A DNA stretch of 64,000 nt from Anthoceros angustus (taxonomy: Eukaryota > Plantae > Anthocerotophyta), in the NCBI GenBank assembly GCA_010909165.1, contig MU008182.1:620001-684000 (forward strand), in the 5' to 3' direction. A model generated the notes under the pieces. That model had not been told where the DNA came from, made no database searches, and saw nothing but the letters and a program-made list of their open reading frames with translations. Shown one piece after another: positions 9,491 through 21,088 of this stretch. Positions within the stretch are counted from its first letter, which is position 1; every line of letters starts with the position of its first letter. Position numbers and translations under genes: made by a program.

Positions 9491-12400
9491 ATGCACTGGG
9501 GGCGAGGAGCAGTTGGCAGCCGGCGCGTTGCTCGGCAGCTTCTGGGGCTGGGGGCCAAGCGGGGATACCAGCCCTTCAACGACGCTGCTCCATTTCCCCA
9601 CCATTTGCAGCAGCATCAGCATCAGGTGCAGGATGGGCATGGCGGCGTGGGTCGTGGCAGAGGCGGGGGAGCTCCCGCCCCTCCTGGCTACATCGGGAGA
9701 GGAGGTCCAGTCCCGGGCGGCAGCCTTGGGAGGGCGGCGGTCCCTTTCCTGGGGCTGCTGGAGGATTGCAGAGCCCAGGATTCGGGCAGCCCACACAGCA
9801 GCAGGCGCAGCCGCAGAGTGGGTCTGTGAATCGGGCCCCTGCTGCGCCTGCCGGCCAGTGGGTGCAGCAGGGAGGCCTGTCAGCGGAGGGAAGCAATTCG
9901 GGTGGCAACAGGTCGATTCCGGGGGCTGAAGGGATGGTTCGGGATTCAGGGGGTGGTAATGCAGGTGCTCAGTACTATAGCAACGGGAATGCAGCTCCTC
10001 CTAACTCTTCCAGATTTTCCGATGCGCATAGGCAGGGTGGAGGCGGTGGTGGTGGCTGGGTGCAGCAGGTCCAGTCCAGGACAGGTGGTGCTCAGTTTGT
10101 GGAGGCAGCTGCTGCTGCCCCCTCTAGATTTCAGCAGGTGTCTGATCCGTCTGGCCTCGCTTTCTCACATTCTCAAGGTCAGGTGCTTGGGCCTTCGCAA
10201 ATCCAGGGTTTTGGACCTGCGCACGGGCAGGCTGATGCGCCTCAAGGGGCTCAGCAATTTTTCGTGCCTGCACAGGGATCAGGATTTGTGGCTTTACAGG
10301 GCCAGGGCGTCCTTCCTGTTCAGGGTCAAGGATTAGTTCCTGCTCAGGGACAAGGCTTCGTTCCTCCACAGGGTCAAGGATTACCTCCTGCACAGGGTGA
10401 AGGATTCGTCTCTTCACAGGGTCAAGGCTTCGTTCCCCTACGCAGTCAAGGATTCGTTTCTCCACAAGGTCAAGGATTTGTTCCTGCACAGGGCCAAGGT
10501 TTCCTTCCTACTCAAGGCCAAGGCTTTGGTCCTGCACAAGGTCAAGGCTTCGTTCCTGCACAGAGTCAAGGCTTCAGTCCTGCACAGAGCCAAGGTTTCG
10601 GTCCTGTGCAGAGCCAAGGTTTCGGTCCTGCAGAGCCAAGGTTTCGGTCCTGCGCAGAGCCAAGGTTTCGGTCCTGCGCAGAGCCAAGGCTCGATTCCTG
10701 TACAGAGTCAGGGCTTGGTGCCTAATGCGGACTTTGGACAGGGTTCTCTGTCTTCCCAAGGTCAGGGTCAGAATTTTGTGCATCCGCAGGGTCTTGGATC
10801 CCAACAGGGTTTCCCGTCTGCACAGGGTCAGGGTTTTGTGCCTGCACAGGGGCAGGGCTCTGGATCTGCACATGGGCAGGCCTCTGGATCTGCACAGGGG
10901 CAGGCCTCTTGGCCTGCACAGCGGCAGAGTTTTGTGCCTGCCCATGAGCAGGCCTCTGGATCTGCACAATGGCAGGGTTCTGGGGTTGCACAGGGGCAGG
11001 GTTTTGGACAAGGGTCTGTGTCTTCCCAAGGCGAGGGTCGTAATTTTGTTCCTCCCCAGGGTCTTGGATCCCAACAGGGCCAAAGCTTGCCGCCTGTGCA
11101 GGGTCATGGTTTTGTGCCTGCACACGGGCAGGCCTCTGGATCTGCACAGGGGCAGGCCTTCGGGCCTGCACAGCGGCAGGGTTTTGTGCCTGCACAAGAG
11201 CAGGGCTCCGGATCTACACAGTGGCGTGGTTCTGGTTCTGGGCCTGCACAGGGGCAGGGGTTTGGACAGGGTTCTGTGTCTTCCCAAGGTCAGGGTCAGA
11301 ATTTTGTGCCTCCGCAGAGTCTTGGATCCCAACAGGGCCAAAGCTTCCTGTCTGCGCAGGGTCAAGGTTTTGTGCCTGCACAGGGTCATGCCTCTGGATC
11401 TGCACAGGGGCAGGCCTTCGGGCCTGCACAGCAGCAGCAGGGTTTGTGCCTGCACAAGAGCAGAGCTCTGGGTCTGCACAGTGGCAGGGTTCTGGGTCTG
11501 CACAGGGGCAGGGTTTTGGGCCTGCACAGGGGCAGGGATTTGTGACTTCGCTGGGGCAGGGGTTTGTGCCTGCGCAGGGGCAGGGGTTCGTTCCTGCACA
11601 GGGGCAGGGGTTTGTGCTTTCACAAGGCCAGGGATCTGGGCTTTCACAAGGCCAGGGAGTTGGGCCTTCACAAGGCCTGGGATATGGACCTGCACAGGGC
11701 CATGGTTTTGGGCAGGCGCAGGGTCAGGGTTTGTGCCTGCACAGGGCAGGGTTTCCCGTCTGCACAGGGTCAGGGTTTGTGCCTGCACAGGGCAGGGCTC
11801 TGGATCTGCACATGGGCAGGCCTCTGGATCTGCACAGGGGCAGGCCTCTTGGCCTGCACAGCGGCAGAGTTTTGTGCCTGCCCATGAGCAGGCCTCTGGA
11901 TCTGCACAATGGCAGGGTTCTGGGGTTGCACAGGGGCAGGGGTTTGGACAAGGGTCTGTGTCTTCCCAAGGCGAGGGTCGTAATTTTGTGTTCCTCCCAG
12001 GGTCTTGGATCCCAACAGGGCCAAAGCTTGCCGCCTGTGCAGGGTCATGGTTTTGTGCCTGCACACGGGCAGGCCTCTGGATCTGCACAGGGGCAGGCCT
12101 TGGCCTGCACAGCGGCAGGGGTTTGTGCCTGCACAAGAGCAGGGCTCGGATCTACACAGTGGCGTGGTTCTGGTTCTGGGCCTGCACAGGGGCAGGGGTT
12201 TGGACAGGGTTCTGTGTCTTCCCAAGGTCAGGGTCAGAATTTTGTGCCTCCGCAGAGTCTTGGATCCCAACAGGGCCAAAGCTTCCTGTCTGCGCAGGGT
12301 CAAGGTTTTGTGCCTGCACAGGGTCATGCCTCTGGATCTGCACAGGGGCAGGCCTTCGGGCCTGCACAGCGGCAGGGTTTTGTGCCTGCACAAGAGCAGA

Positions 12401-15400
12401 GCTCTGGGTCTGCACAGTGGCAGGGTTCTGGGTCTGCACAGGGGCAGGGTTTTGGGCCTGCACAGGGGCAGGGATTTGTGACTTCGCTGGGGCAGGGGTT
12501 TGTGCCTGCGCAGGGGCAGGGGTTCGTTCCTGCACAGGGGCAGGGGTTTGTGCTTTCACAAGGCCAGGGATCTGGGCTTTCACAAGGCCAGGGAGTTGGG
12601 CCTTCACAAGGCCTGGGATATGGACCTGCACAGGGCCATGGTTTTGGGCCGGCGCAGGGTCAGGGGTTTGTGCCTGCACAGGGGCAGGGTTTCGTCCCTG
12701 CACAGGGGCAAGGATCTGTGCTTTCACAGGGCCAGGGATTTGTGCCTGCACTGGGCCAGGGATTGGTGCCTGCACAGGGACAGGGATTTGTGCCAGCACA
12801 GAGCCAAGGATTTGTGCCTGCACAGGGCCAGGTATATTTCTCTGCTCAAGGCCAGGCATTCGTACCTGTGCAAGGGCAACTCGTACCTTTGCCTTCACAA
12901 AGCCAGGGTTTTATGCCTGCACAGGGCCAGGGATTCGTGTCTGCACAGGGCCAGGGATTTGTGCCTGCCTCAGGGCAATTTATGCCTGTGCAGACTCAAG
13001 GGTTTTTGCCTGGACAGGGCCAGGGATTTGTGCAGGATCTGGGTTTTGCTTCTACACAGGGACAGAGCTTCCCAAGTGCACAGAGACAGGGCTTTCCAGG
13101 TGCACAGGGACCAGGTTTGGCATCTGCGCAGGGCATTGTGCCTTCTCAAGGTCAGAATCTTGGGTCTTCCCAGCTGCAAGGATTTCCCCTTCCCCAGAAC
13201 AAAATTCCATTTCAAGGTTTTCCCTCCTTTCCAGGGCCACAGCAGCAAGAATGGCAGTTTTCCAATTCAGCAAGCATGTTATCTCAAGCTCCAGGTGCAC
13301 TGCACCTAGAGACTGCCCCTTCTCATGAGCTTCGCCCTAAGATGAGTACAGGCGTGCCTGATGAGGGAACAGCATGGCCTTCACAGGATGCTCGGCCTGG
13401 CAAGGACTTTGCTCGATTGATTGAATCAAACTTTAGGGAAGGACGACTGCATGAGGTGGAGATACTGTTCAATGAAATGAAGAAGATGCAAATTGCAGTT
13501 GAGGTCCCAACATACAATGTGCTTCTGGATACATATTCTCAGACTGGCCAACTGGACAAGCTTGACCAAGTGTTTAAAGAAATGAGACAAGTGGTTGTGC
13601 AACGGGCTGAGAGCATACGTGGGTCTACGTCAAGCCCTCTCTTGTCACCTCCAGCTGGTGGTCCATTCCAGCATCCCTCGAGCATGCAAGCGTCCCCGCC
13701 CTACTCTGTGTTTGAAGGAACTCCAAGTTCTCTGTCTCAAGTCACGTCATCCAGGCCCAGTCCAGTGTTCACTGACTCTGTGAGATTACCATCTCGAGTG
13801 GATCATACAGAATCAAGACCGTCAGAGTGGACATCACAATCCACCTGGGCTAAGCCTACAGTTGAATCAAGGCCAACTGAGTGGTCGCATGCCCCTCCGA
13901 TAAAGCAGGTCTCACCTCTGCCTCTTATCAAACCTGCTGACTCCAGGCCATCTGAGACACGTGACTGGACGCCTCAGGTGTCTTCGAGTAGGCCAGTCTC
14001 ACCTTTCCCTGTTGTCAAGCCTGGTGAATCAAAGGCAAGGCCGGCTGTCAGTGTGTCGATGGAACCACTACCTGGATTCAGGCCTGCTGAATCCACATCT
14101 GGAAAACCTGCCTCAACTGGATCTATGCACCATTTGCCTCCAATCAAACCTGCTGAGACCCAGACTCAGTTCTCACAAGCAGCTATCACGAGGCCAGCAT
14201 CACCTGAAGTTAAGTATGATGTTCCTGCTTCGGAAAGTCCTCCCTTTCCCTTCAGCTCTAAGTCTTCTCCTGATTCAGTAGCATGGGACAAACCTGGGTT
14301 GGGCAGAGGCAAGGTATTACCAGCTTCAGACAGTCTTCCCTCAGAATGGGGCCCAAAATCACCTTCTGACTCAGCATCGTTGGGTTTCAAATCAGCTGAT
14401 GATTCCAAGCCACCTGTTCATTCTGACCCTGCAGTTAGCAGCCAGGTCCCTGTTGATAAGCCTGGGTTTGGCAGAGGCAACGTATTGCCAGAGTTGGGCC
14501 TTGGTGACCGATCAGGTGCTGGACGAGGCCAGGCTCTGCCTATGCCTAACCTGGACCTTGGTGACAGATCAGGTGCTGGACGCAGCCAGGCTCTGCCTGT
14601 GCCTGAGTTGGGCCTTAGTGACAAAACAGGTGCTGGGCGAGGCCAGGCTCTACCTATGCCTGAGCTGGGCCTCATTGACAGATCAGGTGTTGGACGAGGC
14701 CAGGCTCTGCCTGAGTTGAACCTCGGCGACAGATCAGGTGTTGGACGAGGCCAGGCTCTGCCTGAGTTGAACCTCGGCGACAGATCAGGTGCGGGACGAG
14801 GCCAGGCTCTGCCATTGTCAAAGGTCGGGATTGGAAGAGGGCAGGCATTCCCTGAGTCAATCCCCAGTGAACAACCACGGGAGCAGGAAGTGGCTGGTGG
14901 GCATGGTGGAGGACAGGCTCAGCCTCCGTTAGGATTAGGCGCTGATGGTAAACCTGGAATTGGCAGAGGGAGGGGAAGCAGTTTGGCACTCGGTAGTGGA
15001 GACAGCACAAAAAGTCCATTTGTTCCCTTGTCTTTGTTTGGTCATGGCCTAGATGTGAGGCCTGGACTTGGCAGAGGGCGAGGTAAAGCTGCAGGGACCC
15101 CTTACACATGGCAGAAAGCCCTCCCAGAGGAAGCAGTCGAAGATGCAACTGCAAATGTGTTGGGAAGAGTGGAGAGAGACAAAGTGATAGGTGATGCAGC
15201 GGAGGCAGCAGAGAGGGCAAAGGCAATAGTGGCCAGAACTATGGAGGCAGACCAACGTGCACAAGGGCCATATTCAAGATCCCCTGGAGTCAGTCCAGCC
15301 ACTCGACCTCATCAATCTGTACCCCCGGTCACTCCAGAGGCTCCTCCAGTGAGGCAAAGACTTGCCCCAGAGGAAGCAATAGAAAGAGCAAGTGCCATCT

Positions 15401-16544
15401 TGTTGGAAAGAGCAGAGAGAGACAGAGCGCTTGATGAAGCTGACAGAGAACGAAAGAGAGTGCTCATTGAATCGCCAAAAACAGTCATTCTGAATACGGA
15501 TGCTGCTGTAGAACGTGCTATGAACATTCTTCAACAGAATCTAGCAAAGCAGGGTTTCGGAAAGGATATAGTGCCGAAGGTGAGCAGTGGTGAGCGCAGC
15601 AGCAAGGGTAGACTTAACAGTTTCTTAGAGTTTGGTAATGTGGCTCAAAGGAAGCGAGCTGCTTCAGAACCTTCAGCTTCTGGCGAAGCCAGAAGTGTTG
15701 GAGAACAACCAGGGAGACGGACTGACCCTAGTAGCAGAGGTCGCCAGCAGTCTGATGTCAGCAAGCAGCTTACTTTTGAGGAAGACAAGAAGATGGAGAT
15801 TGGTGATGCAGAGGAAGCTACAAAATCAGCTCTTGATCTGAAGTTCAGAGTGAGTATGTTTGTTTTTGCTTATGTTGCCAAGTTTCTGCTCTCCACATCA
15901 TGCTTTCTGATCCTTGAAAGCTGTGTGGTGTGGGCAGAGGGACTTTGATACACAGCTTGCCATGGAGGATTTTGGTACCAACCCCGATATTGAAGATAAA
16001 GCTGCACCAACCTTAGAGGAAGCATTACAAGAGGCCAAGCACTTGCTCATGCCTCTTGACGGAATTCTGGATGAGGATACTTGGCAGGTATGGCATACCC
16101 TCCACTCTGAATGCCAGAATTCTTTCACGTTTCTGCAAACCCGCTTTCTACCTACATAACCTGCCACCTTGCAATGTACCAGGCTGATGTCCAGGACGTG
16201 CTCACCCGAGCTCCTCAGCTTGAGAAGTTGGTAGAAGCTTATTCCGGAAAGGGCAGGATAGCTGCACGAGAGCAGAACGAGCAGCTGGACATGATAGCTG
16301 GAAAACTGCCCCCACACGCTTCTCCAGAGCTAACAGCTTTCACGCAACGTGCCCTCATAACTCTGCAGGTACCCTATTACCAACCACTGCATCCCCCCCT
16401 CCCCCCCTGCAGCTCCAGTCCGTTTCTCAGTTGTCTCCGCTGCTGTGCTGTGCTGTGCTGTGCTTGCAGAACAATCCAAGCTGGAAGTTTGTGCAAAAGG
16501 AGCGGATGATGAAGAATGTAGTCTCCGGTTTCTCACATTACTAG
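9491..16544 (+). CDS. Very large putative mitochondrial protein: presequence, Q/G/F octapeptide repeat domain, PPR-like insert, GRG repeats, conserved C-terminal domain resembling Arabidopsis At1g53645 (recalled as mitoribosome-associated). Frameshifts as assembled near ~9740 and within the repeats
   Basis: ATG 9491 reads MHWGRGAVGSRRVARQLLGLGAKRGY. The open frame runs to a GT donor at ~15849. Three further exons (~15939-16088, ~16183-16368, 16470-16544) give MEDFGTNPDIEDK...APQLEKLVEAYSGKGRIAAREQNEQLD...RALITLQNNPSWKF, which parallels the At1g53645 C-terminus as I recall it. Confidence 0.75.
10180..13150 (+). repeat. Coding 24-bp tandem repeat encoding (QGQGFVPA)n variants, with a ~0.94 kb higher-order duplication (~10805-11746 repeated from ~11747)
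   Basis: Visible CAGGGGCAGGGTTTTGTGCCTGCA-type units throughout. Confidence 0.92.
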
Positions 16545-17176
16545 GGGTTCTCGGACTCCACCCCGCTCGTCACCAGCACATAATTTTGAAATGCTGGCAT
16601 TGTCAGCACGGCGAAGATTAGTAATGGTAGCACATGCGTCTTCCGTGACGCCGCTGCAAGTGGGTGTGACTTCACATCCGTGCCGCTGCCCTCTATTATA
16701 TGCCTGCATCTTGCATGCGTTCAGGATATTGGACACGCTCACCGAACGCCATCGTCTGCCATTGTACGAAAGTCCTACCGCTCCGTTACCATGCAACTTT
16801 CCCACCCAATCATGGCTTTGTGTCAGTGATGATGTTGCCTCGGTCTGGGGCTGAAAATAAAAGGGCAGGCAGCAGCCCCCATGGTAGGAGAAGCAGCATT
16901 GACAATCCGCTCGGAGGTTTGTTAGGCGATTGAGCAAAGGGGAGTTGTCACCTCCCCGGTGTGACACTTGCAGCTCCAGATGCAACACCACAGAGGCGCG
17001 CACGGCTATCTCCTTTACCAGCTCCGAGTGAAGTATGTCCTGCAGCTGCTGCGAGAGTCCGAGCTGACCACTCTGCTCTAACACTCGAGCAGACGCGGCA
17101 GGTAATGGGTTGAGGGCATGTCAGATTGTGCAGTTTGTGAAAGTGGCATTGGCATTGGCATTGCGGAGCGAGTGGA

Positions 17177-18452
17177 ATGGCTGCCATGGTGTTCGGTTGG
17201 TCCGCACTGGGCTGGAGCTTTTCCAGCAAAATTGTGGGTCTGGGCGACGATGCCGCCTGGGGGGCGTTCCGCGGAAGGGGCGTCTTCGGCCTGGGCGTGG
17301 CGTACTCGAACGAGAAAAGGTTCTTGGTGGACGAAGGTCAAGTCCAGGACGCTGTAATGCTCGGGCCCAGCCTGGGGGATTTGCCCGAAGGCTGTGTCGC
17401 CTTGATTCTGTCCAAGACCAGCCCCAAGGACGCGGCTCGCCTCTCGACCGTGAACCGCGTTTTCACGCAGGCTGGAGGCGCCAACGTCATCTGGGACGGC
17501 CTGCTGCCCTCGGCCCATCTGAAGGCCCTGGGCCTTGAGGACTCCATTTTTGAGCGCTTCCCTTCCAGGAAGATGCTGTTCGAGCATCTGTCTCAGCATC
17601 TCTTCGTCACCCACCCCTTCCAGGTATGCCATCCGTCTGCTGCCTTGCCTAGGAGCTACGTTGTTGTTGCACACACCCTGCCCGTGCCTCACACACATCC
17701 TCAACGAGCAGGGCCACTGGTTAGACCCGGCCACAGGAGGAGTGTGCCGGGCCGTATCAGCACGAGCTTTCAGTGTCATATGGGGAGACGAACATCGGTA
17801 CTGGGACTGGGTCCCCAAACAGGGCTCAAGGTCTGTATGTACACCCACAGCCAGCAAAACCTGCTGCTTATCTCCCGACCTTAGTACTAACACCCATGTG
17901 TTCCCTCCTTCCTTCATTCGTTTCTTGTCTCCCAGCTTCCCAGACGTGGCCTTCGTTAAAGTGGATTACTGGTTCAAAATCCGGGGCCAGATGCAGTGCT
18001 CTCTCCCTCCTGGGGCGTACACGCTTTCCTTCAGGGTCCAGCTCGGACCAGAGAAGCCCATTGGCTACTTCCAGCGACGGATCAGCAAATGTGTGAAGTT
18101 CTCCTTCGCCATCGGGGGCGGGGGTATGTATCAGTTGGAGAAGGCGTTCTGCCTCAACTTCTTCTCACCAAACCGGGAGGTTAATAAGTTGCAAGCAAGT
18201 TATGCACAGCCGCGTATGGCGGATGATCAGTGGCTGGAATGTGAGGTGGGCGCTTTTATTATAACCGAGCATCGGAAATCAATTACCTTGCACTTCAACA
18301 TGACGGAGATTGAAAATTGCAATTGGAAGGAGGGCCTCTACTTGGACGGTGTGGTCATCAGGCCGCGCCTCCGCCCCCCTGCGTACCTCCCTCCCAATAT
18401 GTACATTCCTTCTCCACTGTTGGGGCAGGGACACGGGCCCCTCCTAACTTAA
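17177..18452 (+). CDS. F-box protein with Phloem Protein 2 (PP2) domain, 3 exons (17177-17623, 17712-17830, 17936-18452)
   Basis: F-box LGDLPEGCVALILSKTSPKDAARLSTVNRVF. PP2 motifs GGVCRAVSARAFSVIWGDEHRYWDW, FPDVAFVKVDYWFKIRG, LPPGAYTLSFRVQLG and WKEGLYLDGVVIRP. GT-AG introns restore the frame. Confidence 0.88.
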
Positions 18453-18949
18453 CATGGCCCCAACATGGCCCTCGGATTTTCTACCAAGGTCATTCCCTTA
18501 CCATGCAAAGTCTTTAGCTCACCCTTCTCTCTACCAAAGCAAACTCTTCCAGTTCTTTGCGCAGATATGGCCTAAATGATTGCTATATTTTATTCCTATA
18601 TTGATATTTTCAACAACAGGCCCTCGGTTCATACTCTTTATCCCTATTGTATATATATATAATATATAATATATATATGGGCTAGAATGGAGTAATATAC
18701 ATATGATAAATATAGGTCATTTTGGGTGAATGTGGATATGAAAAAATATGGGGCCCCTAGGATTTTTCCCTCAAAAACAGTTTCATGTCTCATTGCAGAG
18801 AAAAATTGGGCCTACTTCTTATAATAGAGCAAGAGCGGCGAAGTTCACCAAAGGAGATAAGGCAAGAGAATACAATGTAGTACGAGCAAATGTTGCAGGT
18901 TATCGGCCAGAATGGCGTATGGGGAGTCATGCTAGTGTATGGAGAGGTG

Positions 18950-19570
18950 GACTTGTATGTGAGCATGCACATGAGGATATAGTGTTGTACCCAGAAATGG
19001 AATACGAGAGAAAGTGGGTTTGGGAATGGGATGAGAATATAGTGTTGTGTCCAGAAATGGAATACGAAAGAAAGTGAAATACGCTTTTATGTATGTGGAG
19101 AGAGTGAGCAAACTTTGTTTGTAAGCATATATGAAATGAAACGGAATATGCTTGTACGCATGTATGAAAGAATTGCTTTTACCCACAAGCGGAATATGCT
19201 TCTTACGTTTGTGGAGAGAAAGCGCACTTTGCTTGTACGTATGTGTGAACAGAAACAGAATATGTTTGTACGTATGTGTGAAAGGAAACCGAATATGCTT
19301 GTACGCATGTATGAGAGAATCTATAATGTGGAGAGAAAGCGGACTATGCTTGTCCATATGTATGGAAGAAAACACGTGTGCAGAGAAAGTAGACTATGCT
19401 TGTTCGTATGTATGGAAGAAAACGGAATATGCTTGAACCCACAAGCGGAATGTCCTTTCACATGTGTGGAGAGAAAGCAGACTATGTTTGTCCGTTTGTA
19501 TGGAAGAAAACGGAATATGCTTGTACATATGTATGAGAGAATCCAGAATATGCTCATATTTACGAACTTT
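18950..19570. repeat. Diverged ~40-bp tandem repeat (GTATGTGTGGAGAGAAAGCGGA.TATGCTT-like); three ~60-bp repeats also at ~19960-20130
   Basis: Recurrent ATATGCTTGTACG.ATGT.TG and GGAGAGAAAGC motifs. Confidence 0.6.
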
Positions 19571-21088
19571 TGGGTGCAGGTAAGCACGATCCGTAAGGGT
19601 TGTATTTAAGAACGAATGGAAGGGAATATGGATGTGTATAAGGGGAATGCTAGAGTTGTATGTAATGAAAATGGACTAAGTTGATGGGAAACAATGAAAA
19701 CCCAGAGGAAATACCTTGTACTTAAATGATGCATTACATAAGCTATGGTACACGACAAGGATACAACACAAGTGGAACATAATATAGTTAAACTGAGGAT
19801 ATACATAGAAAGCTAGTACATATGTACATACGTACTAGGATTGGATGAAATATAATCGTACTTAGATTACGGAAAAGAGGTGCAATGACAAATGAGCCAT
19901 TCCCATGGTCACCAGACGCATGCCGGAGGCATAGTGTATGGATCGGGTGATAATTTTCCTATATGTATGTACACCACAGGGCTATGATGACATGTGCCAT
20001 TAACTTCTACCAATATCTAACATGTATGTACGCCATAGGGCCATGAGAATAACAGGGCATATGCCCTTGTTCCGACATCCTATATGTATGTACGCCACAA
20101 GGCCACGAGAATAGCAGGGCATGTGCCAATAACTTGTACTGACACATGCCGTTCAAAGCTTTCATACCCAAACCTACATGCCTAACTGACCACGCCGTGC
20201 AGCTTGTAAAACAAGTAGATTTGAGTGACCAAGTGTAAAACGGAAGGACACATCCAAACAACAAGAGTACAAGTGGTTAGTTGGAAAATAGTGATGACAA
20301 AACAATGAAAGGAAACTCAACCGGATAGTACGCCATGAGAACACTGCTCCCTTATTGCCTTCCAGTTTATTCTATGGAAGAAGAAGAAGAAGAATTTTAT
20401 TTAAGTCCACGAAAGACGGATTTCTGTCATGGGATTGAAATATGATAACTATATAGATTGTGATAAATAAAAAAAATTATTGTAGTAAATTATACCATGT
20501 CTCTCTCTTATACCTTTGAGTGTACATGTTTTGAGATATATCTTGGAAAGAGCCCAGGACCACCCTTACTAGCAACCTCAAGTTCCTTATCTATGATCTA
20601 CAAGGGAAAGGGGCAGGCATTCTCCCTAATGCACACTCATTCATGGCACGTAAATATAGTTTTGATTAAATTTTATTACTTCACCTAATAATATCTTAAC
20701 AATGTTATACAAGAAGTATCCATTTACGTTTCAATAACTCATAATACCGTGTGTACGGCAAGCTTGCTGCTTGCTTGCGAGGGCATATTTAGACGACCCC
20801 AGCTGAGGTTAGGGTTATGTGAGGTGAGTTTGTTTCTGGCAGTCTTCCTGGGGAACCCAGGAAGACTGACAGTGGCATCGAGTCTACGCTATAGCTCTGC
20901 TATTGCTCTAAGCAGTGAGTAGGTAATTGGGACTGTGAAGACTCCTAGCACAGCACGAAGGATTGAAGTTTCACTAGCACAACAATTGTCCATGCTGAGA
21001 GCATGTCGCCACCTTGCCAGCAGTCTCGCATGTATCGTCGGGAGTAGTTGAGTTGGTAAACCTTTTCACCATCAGGGAACCCTTGTCA

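Noticed and set aside
9355-9740. N-terminus of the 456-aa ORF (MRANQAC...)
   Set aside because: The overlapping frame from ATG 9491 is more presequence-like and compositionally continuous with the rest; a single-base indel near 9740 explains the switch.
10124-13328. Long alternative-frame and antisense ORFs (e.g. 867 aa, 520 aa)
   Set aside because: Frame shadows of the coding 24-bp repeat.
18748-19609. M/R/Y-rich ORFs
   Set aside because: Derived from a diverged tandem repeat; no recognisable domain or splice context.
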